Assembly: GCA_976226885.1 (NCBI GenBank)
Contig: OZ320316.1
Coordinates: 80,352,001 to 80,416,000, forward strand
Length of the DNA: 64,000 bases
Origin: Iphione sp. A-MEVVRFRX5
Taxonomy: Eukaryota
Reading direction: 5' to 3'
Part shown: one piece after another, positions 12,860-23,900 of the stretch
How positions within the stretch are numbered: the first letter of the stretch is position 1
Layout of the letters: each line of letters starts with the position of its first letter
Notes under the pieces: generated by a model
What the model was told of the DNA's origin: nothing
The model's input: the letters and a program-made list of their open reading frames with translations, nothing else
Database searches by the model: none
Translations under genes and position numbers: made by a program

Positions 12860-14830
12860 AGAGATTTCGTTCATGGTTTCGACCAAGGGTATCCTCAGGT
12901 GCCATCAAATATCTCCTTTTACTGAGGAATTTTTCATGGTGTCAGGCAGGGTAGCCAATCTTTTGGCTAGGTTCATATGTGGGGAGCTGGTGTCCCTCTG
13001 TGCCCGCTGCCTGGCCTATCAGGGTGATTGGGTCCACGATTACTCCAGTACTGCCTTGGTTTGGTACTGGGTTTAGTTCTTGTCATAATCATCTACTCAG
13101 TGGTTAGCACTGTCGGTGCACTACCTGACTTTACCGGACCGTGACTATACGGGTTGGGTATGTGGATGTATAGGTAAATCTTTGTGGACGGGCTATATCC
13201 CACATCCCCACCAGTGCTTTGTTATGGCCTTGTTAAAACTGTTGTGCATCCATCACATTTAGCCCCAGTGGTGCCATAGTATGTAGGTGCTGGATCCAGT
13301 TCATTTCAAATGAGCTTTTTTTGTACTTCACACCCTCTGGGTGAATGTTGACGAAATCCACAATGTGGATCTCTACGTCTGATATCCCTTGGTGGGATTT
13401 TGTGTTGAAGTGTTCACTGATGGTTCAGCCTCACTGGTTTCTACTGATGATCCTAAAGTGGCCCAGGAACTGGTCCTTTAGGTGATTCGTTGTCTGGCTT
13501 ACATATTTTATGCCGTATCTGGTGCACATCATACAATAGATAAGGTTGCTGCTTTACAGCTTAACTTTACTTTTGCACTCTACTTGCGATGCTCATATGA
13601 GCATTCTATTTGTCCTGAAAGGTTTAGTTTGGGGCAACATCTGCACTCCTTAGTTTTGCAGATATTCAGTGGATCATCCCAATTGTCACTGGCATTGCTT
13701 TCCAGTAGTTGTGCTAGTCTTGCACAGACTAGTAGGTCTCTGAGGTTTTTGGGCCTTTGAAACACTGACAAGTACCCACACTGATGGATCTCTTTCGTAG
13801 TGCAGGATCTTCCCAGAAGATGCCAGTTTGTCTACCAGGGACTGCTGTAAGCCATTGAAAGAGGGATTGAAGGCTGTGACTGCAATTGGTTTGCCCTCCC
13901 TACCCCCTGAATTTTTGTTTCCAATAGGCCATCCCTAGTTTGGCTTGATACTCATTTGTAGAGTCTGACCACTGATGCTGGGGGGGTAGCCTTTTCCTAC
14001 TAGCTTTTGGCCTGTTTCCACATTGGCTTCTCAGAAGTCCAAATTGTGTGTGCATATCCTTCAGACTCATACGAATTGTCTATACAGTATGCCTTGTTTG
14101 CAATGCGCCAAGTGCCTTGAGCTATAATGTAGATAGCTCGGAGTGTCAATGGGTTTGCGGTACACCCTCCAACTTAGTTTACCCCGTTGTCAATGTTGAC
14201 CAGGGTGTCTAAGAAAGAAATTTCTGTAGGTGACTTCTTGGGTGAATTTGATTGACTCATTGCATGCATTTGCATGTTGGAGGAACTGTGTCAGTTCCTC
14301 AGTGCCATGTTGCCACAGCATAAAATCACCATTGATAAAGCATAGCCACAGTAGTGGTTGTTTTGCATTTTTGAGGATTTGGGTTTCTGCTGGGTCAGTC
14401 ATGAAGAGATTGGCATAGGATGGTGTCACTCTCGTTCCAGCCCCGTAGCCAAGAAGTTTTGTGAGGGTATCGGACAGTACCCCCAATACCCCAGGGGTGG
14501 AACTCTTGATGACCATCTCTATGCAAGTCTGTATGTAGAAACCTTTGTTGGGGGGGGGAGATCGGACGATACCCCCGATACCCCATTGGCTACGGGTCTG
14601 CGTTGCCATTTCTAGGACCATTTTCAGAAGTTGACACAAGGTCAGGTTTATCAGGTCTTCAGTGGGATGGGGTCTGTATTTCAACAGGGTTCTGGGTTCG
14701 TGGTTTATAGGGAACTAACATCCAAACTGCATAGTAGGCAGCCCTTTGGTACCTTGTTGAAGAAATCTGTCGTTTTTAACATAGGATTTCGAGACCAATG
14801 GGTTAAGGAAAATATCAACCAAGGCTGATA
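12860..14830 (-). mobile_element. Decayed, 5'-truncated Penelope-like retroelement (RT plus GIY-YIG endonuclease)
   Basis: Minus-strand remnants with stops and frameshifts: PKGCLLCSLDVSSL* (RT motif A), GTRVTPSYANLFM, LLWLCFINGDFMLWQHGTEELTQFL..IKFT, ISFLDTLV, YRKPIDTPSYLHYSS, FQRPKNLRDLLV, YVGQT..LKDQFLGH..ISEHFN (GIY-YIG region). Confidence 0.85.
14438..14600 (+). mobile_element. 163-bp MITE (hAT-like CAG-starting TIRs) nested in the Penelope RT
   Basis: Ends cagccccgtagccaa ... ttggctacgggtctg; internally similar to the 26811-26973 copy in opposite orientation. Confidence 0.8.
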
Positions 14831-15791
14831 TCTTTTCTGCTGGGCCTCCATTGGACGAAACTATCGGTCTGCCTGGAAAAAAAGTCAGCGTTTATTCAAA
14901 GATTAGTGTATTTGTCAGCGGATAAATCTCATTCTACAGACCTGTGTGAAAAGAAATACATGTATGTAACTTTTAAATCTCAGTATCAAATCCCATCCTT
15001 GTTGCTTTCATGGCAGCAAACCAATTGTGTAGCGTTTCCGAGGAACAGAGATTTTTGCAAGTTGCTCATTACAATCCAATTTTCGGATCCACAGGCTTTC
15101 CGTATTATTAAATACATATAGTCGTCCCTCTGATAGCTCAATCCAGGTTATTCTAATGCAACCTAGATTATATATCTATGCCGATGAATACATACATATA
15201 TCCATAAAGACATCAAAGCTGCTCAAGGTTCTCTTGGTTATAACACTGAATGTCAACATTTCAATAACCTTTCGTCAGTGCACCTTTGACATGGATTAAC
15301 CAAAGCTAGAGCACATTAGGGCCCATTAGCGACGCTCCTACACAATACAACAACCTTCAACGTGGCTGCAACGTGTGCTCTAAACAAAAAGTATCTACAA
15401 CCCTTTGATATTATCTCTATTTCTTTGATAGTTTTCCAAGGGGACACTCCACCACAAATACCTATTTCAGTTTGATGAATGTTTTTCATCCCGATGGAGT
15501 TTATATATGGGATATTGCCCATAGTCACATAAAGCCCAAAATAAACTTAGGTTGGCTCATGTCCTCTCAGGCCAAATGGACTGACTTATGATTTATAAGC
15601 TGGGATCTTATCCCGGCCACAATACCTTAGGCTTGTTCCAACTCAGAGCGGTTTTATACGTGAGAGGGCCAAGGTATAGAGCTCACCAGTGGTGCTCGCC
15701 TGTGCTGCCTGGGGCACCCTTTGTTTGCCTGTCGCCAGCGTTGATTTACACGACATGTGACGATCTCCCATGTGGAGTCAATGCTGGTTGA

Positions 15792-16314
15792 ATGTTCTCG
15801 CTGGTGTACGCTTTGGTCGGCCAAACGGCTATTGAAAGAAGACTCAATAGACACAACTGCCTGCCCGCCCTTCCTGCTACTTCACATGGGAGATACTTGG
15901 CAAGAGACAAACCTGGGTTCGAGGCGGGATGGGAGGTCGAATCTCCGGTCCGACGCCAACCATTCTGGACCGACTGGGTCGCCTTCCCAGTCGACGCGAC
16001 CCGCCTCGTCCGCGCCTCCACGGCGGCGGGGGACGGTAGTGGCGGCGATGACTGTAGGGCCGGACGCTCCCCCTCCAGGAGGAATCTCCTCCCAGGGAAG
16101 GGTATGTCCACCAAGCATGTCTCTGTCTCAAATCAAACACTTCCTACACGGATGGCCATGGAATGTCTACGCTATCAAGACCTCTATGGGCCGGTCGCGG
16201 CGGATCCGAAATCAAACCTGCACAAACGAAGCCGCCCACGCCTCATCACCGACAACACCCTTCCGGTTATCAGTGTTACCGGAACCTCACTCCCCCTGCA
16301 CCTCACCATGTCAA
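15792..16314 (+). CDS. Candidate alternative first exon (174 codons)
   Basis: TGA then ATG at 15792, GC-rich open frame, phase-1 donor CAA|gtaggt (alternative phase-1 donor after 16365). Confidence 0.45.
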
Positions 16315-17640
16315 GTAGGTACGCCTTTTCCTGGGCAACGTTGGGAAGGCGCAGAGGCAGGCAAGGTCTTAAAATAGGAAGTTCCCATGGGAGTCTGTTA
16401 GTGCTGAAGGCTCTCGTTGTTGGAGCTGTCTCGTTATGTACAGCATCCAAGACAGGCAATGGGATATCACATATCATACACAATTTTACATACTTCCATA
16501 TCTACTTTGATGTTTAGATGTATAGGAAAATTGACACAAGTGTTTCTGTTTTGAGCACAAAACCCGAAATGCCTACAATTATTGTCTCCGAAAAAGTCTG
16601 AAACGTTCCTTTTCTTTTTTCTCTATCAAATGAAGAGAAGGCGCAATGTAGAACTTCTTTTGCTGAGGACCTTTCGAACAATGCGTAGGTATTTGTGTAG
16701 TTAGACTCACAATGTACAGAACATTTGGAATTCCAAAACATCTGTCTAAATTTACTGAATATACATTTATAATTAAACCTATATTTGCAGCATATGATAT
16801 ATATAGTGCATATACAAAAATAAGCTCCTTGTACAGTGTTTCGTTTTGTGTACTAGTTTAGTCGAACTGTCCAGTGTTACTTAGATTATAGTGCAAGTAT
16901 GCTTTTGGCAGTAGAAAAGGTTATAGTAGTGAGATAAGTCTGACAGTATATGAATTGAGTGACCTCTTATAGAGTTTGTCTTGTTAGGTACTTCAGAATA
17001 CTACCAGTATACTCGTAGTTTGCCAAGTTGTTTATCACCGGGTCATCGGTCTAGGCTCTTATTATGCTTGTTGATAACCATTTACTTCCCAGTCTTCTAG
17101 TTAACTGCTCCTTCCTCTGTTTACAAAAGACAACTACATGCGAAATAAAAAAATCTATCCAAACATTAGTACGATAGCAGTTTCTCTAGTAGTATTATAG
17201 GCAGTTCACTTCACCCTCGGTAAGGCGTGCCATTTTTTCATCCTGTGTATCTAAGTAGAAGCATACCCAAAACAAACTACTTCCATCTGCATAACTGCCG
17301 GTAAGTTCCTTTTCTGGTCCATTCACATTTAGTTTTTGTCACTGAGCTTTCAAATGCCAGACAGTGAGAGACCTGAAGTATGGCTACAACTGCAAGTATT
17401 CGGTTCAATCGAATGGAATTCCACCAAGTGATTTCACTAGCCTCACAAAAATCGCCTTTGCCGCAAATATATGGTCGCAAATATTAGGGTGTGAACCAGC
17501 AGCAATATCGATCATTTTCTGGTTCTACCCATCGGGTAAGGTGTCGACGGGCGCCATGGTAAGGAAGAGAAAAAAGTTTCAGCGAATACCTACTACGTTA
17601 TTAATTACAGGCTCGGGGGAAAAAGAGATTGCATGTTCGC

Positions 17641-17971
17641 ATGCAGTATGAAAACCCTTACGGTTCGGTGAGGATGAAGGCGCGGCCTTCCTTACAAAGA
17701 ATCAGTCCCGTCCGCCAGCAGACTGAAGAGGCTTTGGATAGCCCGGCCAACGAAACTGAGGTAGAGCCAGCCCGCGAGGTCACGCCCCTGAACAAGCGGC
17801 TAGCCGCATCGCCAAGGGAGGCTGGGATGGTGGTGACCGAATCAAAAGCCACGGCCCTACCTCCAATAGCCACCAAAAGTAGTCGGCCCAGCACCACGAC
17901 CGCCAACAAGACCTCTTCTGCCCCAACGGGCAAAGTTGCCATAGGGACTGTGAAGGCCACAATAAAGTCAG
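17641..17971 (+). CDS. TTLL10: Candidate first exon of TTLL10 ([16 protein letters not shown]...; may extend to acceptor 17611)
   Basis: In-frame TAA at 17602-17604; acceptor ttaattacag|17611; Ser/Thr/Pro/Ala-rich open frame; phase-1 donor CAG|gtacct. Confidence 0.6.
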
Positions 17972-20900
17972 GTACCTCGCAAGGCCTACACCTCGGATAA
18001 CTTGGACACTAACACAGGCTTCGAAATGCCTAACAACACTAACAGTGAGTGCCTTCAAATCGGCAAAGACAAATTCCATTTTGCAGCATAATTATTACTG
18101 AGGCTCCAAACTAAATTTCAGTTGCATACATAAGATGTTTTTTTACAAAATGTTTTGATAGCCTTTAAAATGTTTTACTAAGCGTCGTTTTGGAAGCCTA
18201 TTTTTCATGTTTTCTGTTATTTTTTACACCCAAGCACCTCTAATTTTCCTAATATTTAATATGTATTATTTTTAACATAAAGTGCACCGGAACTGGGATC
18301 TACGTTTTTAACATGAGGCGCAGCAGATCTTATTCTCTTTTTATTCTTTTTTTATATTAAATTAATTTGGCCTACTCCTATACCCAGTGCGATTGCTTGT
18401 TGAATAAGATTAACAAAGATCCTTCGGGCGAATCAGCTTGTAGGCAGATCTCCAGAACCAAACCGCTATGTCCGTTGCCTAAACATTCTGACGACATCTA
18501 GGAAGAAGTATGATTAAGATTGGAATTTGGCAAGAAACGCTACCGACGCAGGTGCACTGGCTGTAGCGAGGAGAGGCAAACACCTGCTGCCAACAGGTAC
18601 TCTTAAAATCAATCCTCTGCGGACGTAACACGATCTAAAGAGTTTAAGTGTGAACAGGAAGGAGAGTCCTTAGCCGACCGTGCTACTCCCGGACATCTTT
18701 ACCATGCACCACAGGTGTATGTAAGAGCAATAGGTCAACGCCATTGAGATTCGAGGGAGAGAATATCGTGCGTTTATGGAATGCAGTAGAATGGCCGCCG
18801 AAAAGAAGTACCACCACCATCTTATTACCAAAGCAACGACATTCAGATAATTATACCTTCCAGCAGCCGATGTGTTACACATTCGACGGAGGAAATTCCC
18901 TTTGATTGAAAGTACCTACAGAGGAACTGTGCAGACTTTATCTCCAGGCACTGTTTATCTCCAGGCTACCCATGTCAGTGGGGAGGTGGCTGAGTGCTAC
19001 AATCAGTTCCTGGCCAGATGAATGGCCGTATGAATAAGTAGGAAGGACAGGACATGTTTGAAATCTTCTCTGGGATGGAGTCGTTTGGCTTACCCGCATC
19101 GACTGCCGAGTCGGTGAAAACGCCGCTGCATCGTTCGCTGAGAGCCCACCGACGACAGCTTGTGCGGGACCTCAACTGGCTAAGCTACTGTCAGAAGTAC
19201 AGTATGCATAATCAAGCAGGAGTCTCTCTACAACGTTTCTATCAGTGCATTGCGAAACAAATGATCCCAGGTAGATATTTACTTTACGGTGTAATCTGTA
19301 TTGAAATCATCTCCTCCGCGCACATTGCCTTCTACCTAGTTGCATTGCCTTTTCCGGTGAGCAGAAGTATATTTTGTGGGTACCTGATCAGAGATAGGTT
19401 CAGATCAATCGTACGTTAGTTGTGATGAGTACAAAGGCAAAAGAAGCGTTGAAGTGGTATCAAAGACAGGATCCATCCAAGACAGCCTTTATTCCTGTTT
19501 CCTGCTACTCCCGTCTACTAGCCGAACGCATGCTGGTCTTTGAACAAGCATAACAAATCATATACACGTACATTGTACATTTCCAAGTATTACATACAAT
19601 CATGTATAGCATTCCCGTCTCAGGACTTCGACACCGGCATTCACTTCAGATTTTACACAATGATTGTGTCATAAGATGAGATTAAGAGTGGTAGATTAGA
19701 TCTAACAGTTAACCAATCGACGTGTTTTAGAATTAAGTTTCTAACAACTGCGCCTGTATTGCTTTCAGATAATTGAATAGATACTCATAAAATCAATCAC
19801 ATGAAAAGACCGAACTAAATTTATTTTAGAAAATATACTTTCCTGTGTTTGCCAAATATTTAATGTCTAGTAAAACTTCTGTTTGAAGCTTTCAATTCAT
19901 GACTCTTAGTTCGTATTACATCAATGCAATCACCATTCCGAAGTTAAATACATGTATTCCGCTAATATCGCTATGGATAATGATCATATACCAATGTGCA
20001 GCTTTATATTCATATCGATTAAGAAATATACCTCGATGTAATCATATATGAGGCTGCTCAATACCCTGTGCATTTCCTAAGCTCTTATTACTCTTGCAGG
20101 TGAAAATGATGTCATTGGGGGAAGCCGATATCACAGAGTTAAGCGCGACAAGAACATACCGGAAGACCTGCAGTACCGGCCGAAAGTATCGCTTCCTTCT
20201 AATAAAGAACCCACCTTCTTTATTGGCGGTTGTAATGGAGTTCAGCTGTGAGTATACATAGAGCAACTGGCGAATTTTGAATTTCCTTATATTACCCGGT
20301 ATTGTTTTTCTCTTTATGTTTAGGACACACCGTACATGTATAACAATGCTTTGAAAACCTTGATGTTCATTTTGTCATCGCTCGTCTCGGGAGATCCCTT
20401 GCCCGTATCGTTAGGATAGAGTTAACTTTGTCAATATGGGTTACATTTTCATATGCACGTATATGGTTATAACTGTTTTATTTCACTTTCGTTGCGTTGT
20501 CCTGTTCAATTACAGAATGTATCATGCTACTGGTACTAGTGCTTTGTTTCACACTCATTCCATTGCCACGTTCAATTGCAGAATATGTGATGCGTTGGAG
20601 GCTCTGGGATGGAGACGGTCCAAAGATAAATTGGACGAAAACTTTAAGCTTAAGTGGACAGAATTAAAAAGTCATATAAATTATGCCTCTTTCCGCGAGG
20701 GCGAGCAACTTGTCAACCATATACCTAATTGTCAATTGCTCACCAACAAAGTTGGCCTACTTAGTAGTCTGCAAGAATATGAACGCCTTACCACACAAAT
20801 GAATCCTAAGGCGAAACGCCCCAAACTACGATTAAATGACTTCTTCCCAGAAACATATCGGCTGGACGACCCAAAGGAGCGTGAACAGTTTTACCAGCAA

Positions 20901-23900
20901 TTCAAAGGTAGCTCTCTTCGTCATAATCTCTCAATCGTCTTTCAGATCTGAATAGAATATTAACACTGCTATAAAGAATTTCATCGGATATTTTTTTCGA
21001 AATGAAGTCAAGGGACGTGTGTTTGAAATTCAAGTCTTTCTTTTCAAGCAAAGAGGCTCTTTGTGAATTCTTCCTCAGGCTAAGTGAGATACCTTATACC
21101 AAACAGTATATAACATGTAATACTGCAGGAAGGGCTCGGTACATGCATCTAAAGCGAACAGCCTTCGAACCCAACAACCACACTTCCTACAATACCCCCC
21201 CACCACCGCCACCCACCCACCCTGCCCAGGGGTGGAGATATCAATAAATGTTACTTTGGTTAAATTATCTAAGAACTAACAGTGTAATGAGGCCTCTCCT
21301 GTTTACCCTATTTATTAACAACAGTATTACTATCCACAAACATAGTACATACTAGTATCTACATTGATGACGCGGTGTTGCTTTGTCCAGGAAAATCTCC
21401 TGGAGAAATATACAGAAAGCTAAATGCGGATGTCCACAGCTTACACATGAGACGTAATGCTTATAGAATTAGCATTAACGTGTCAAAAACAATGTATGTT
21501 GCTCACAAAGAGCAGAAGCAAATACAACCTATTCAAATATCTGGGTTTCTACATGGACTCTCATCTAACGTACAGGAATTAATTATTAGAAAAGATCAAC
21601 CGTACATATCCCTTATTGAATCAATTAAGACATGTGGTTAAGACAATTGACAGAAATACAGGCATTCAAGACGTATTTTCTTCTGGTGCTTGATTATTAA
21701 CTGGGATTTCTACTGAACACCAAAGTAAAGTGTTCAAGAAACTTGATGGGCAGGTCAACAAAGCGACACGAATAGGTACAAGAAACTACTCAGCGTCAAC
21801 ATATGATTTAGTCTTGATGAATAGTATAATAACACTCGGTCCTAGAAGTGATTGCTCCTTAAAGATGCTATTTCACAAAAAAAATCAGTAAAACTCAGCC
21901 ACACTGAGAACTTCCTCAAACCTACTTTCTCTAGATTTAAATGTATCCCTAGATACAGATCAGCCATGTTGTGGAATAGTCTAGAAAAAGATCTAATGGT
22001 TGGGACTAAGAATGCATGTAAAACTAAGTATATGGGCAACCTGACAATTTATAAATGATTCTTAATTTGTAACAATAGCTTAATAAATTTATTTCCGGGT
22101 GTTCACACTCTTTGCCTGAATATATTTAAACTACCAACCTTACTAGCATCTAACTTGGTAACAAAGTTCAGCAATTACTATGTTTGTAAATAAACTCTGG
22201 CTTCTAAAAGCCAGAGTTAGAAGGAAATTGCTTTGTTTACTATGTTAATTATCTGTAAGATGTATGTTTTTTAAATATGCAGAATCTTTATTTTTCCCCA
22301 TTTTGTGTTTTGCCACGAATCGTTTTAGATAATGGTCAGCTATTGATAGGTTTTCAAATAAATAGATGACATGAGCTTACCAATGAAATATGGCCTTGAC
22401 TTTAGTATTCAGCAATACATGTGTACGTCTGATGCTGCTGAAAAACTAAAGTCATCATTAGATAATGGTCATATGTTGATTTGTTGTTTACTTGAAAACT
22501 TATATAAAGATTACAATGATGTCAGCAGGATGCAATGACATCAACCTATAATCACTAAGAGACAAACAGAGTGAGGTTCTTTGAAAAGAGGTTTTTATTT
22601 CTTTTGAGTTGACCTTGTTAATATGTGGTTAACCAGAATGTTGTCACTGTACTGCCAGGAAGGTGTACTGAATAGGACCAAAGAAGTGCCAATCAACTGC
22701 AATGGTGTCAATAGAGCACAATGATGTCAGTGGGGTGCAATGACATCAACTTATAATGGCTAGAGATAAACAGAGAGTGGGATTTTTAAAAAAGGTGTTT
22801 TAAAAAAAGGGCATTGTGAAAAAAGTGTTTGCTTCTAATCAAATGTGCTCGAAGATCTGGGGGGCGGGGGCTGACCATAATCTACATGTTTCTGTTGCAG
22901 TTGTTTGAAAGCAAAATATATTGTAAGAGGTCCTTGAATCTAATGAGAAGGACCTTATATACAATTTTTGCATGTAGGAAAAACCTTTACTTAGCTTTTA
23001 TTTCACTATGTTTAGCCTTAAGTTTGAAATGTTTAGCCCAGATTCCTGCTGGGCGGCCTGACCTTTAAAAAAATATCTTTGAAGAGAAAGACGTCTGGAT
23101 CTGTAAACCTACCGGCAAGAACCAAGGACGTGGCATATACCTCGTACGACATCTGGACGACATCAAGCGGGCTGTAGAAGAGCATGAGGGCGACAAGCAG
23201 ACGCCAAAGTCCAGTAAGCCGCAGAACCGCATCATTCAGAGGTCAGTCAACGGTCGCGGTCGGTCCATGATTCGGGAATGGTCAGTATCTCAAGCCATTA
23301 GACACGGCGGGGTCTTCCGAGCACAAGAACCTAAATCCGAGTCCACAAGCCCCGACTGTATTGCACAGCAAGGAAAATATCGATTTAAAAAAAAAAAAAT
23401 ATATACGCTGTACATTTTGGCGGCGCGTTTCCTTTCGTTGGAAATAAGAACATATTTTCGAGTCAAAGACCATTGGGAAGGGATACAGTATTTTGGGAGG
23501 CAGTTTTCTATTAAGCTTTGGGTCTTACTTGTTTTGGCTTTCTCTTGTAGTAATCTTGACATACCGATAATTGACACTTGTTTGGATAATAATGGCTAAG
23601 ACTGTTTCCTTTATTTTTTATGATTATTGCCAAACCATTTTTAATCATTATTACCAAGGCAATTTTCCTGTTTGAAACTTACAGGAGGAAATGGCAAAAC
23701 TATTACGAGAACATCGTGGATAGGGTTATTCAGAGGTAACATGCAGACCGTGTATATGGCATTATTTTCAGTATCCACGTCAGTAAGAGTATGCTCTGCT
23801 GGCCTGTAGTTTCTGCCCTTAGATGTCAGCCACAAATTATATCCTTGTACACACCATCTTCATCTTTACGTCTTCTCTAGCAGGCAGACATGTTTGACGA

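Noticed and set aside
13444-13470. Plus-strand CUGAUGA with a short UCCU/AGGA stem
   Set aside because: Lacks the GAAA box and is simply the antisense of the Penelope endonuclease region.
17364-17535. Open frame ending in a phase-1 donor (TCG G|gtaagg)
   Set aside because: No ATG in that frame after the upstream stop; at most a UTR exon.
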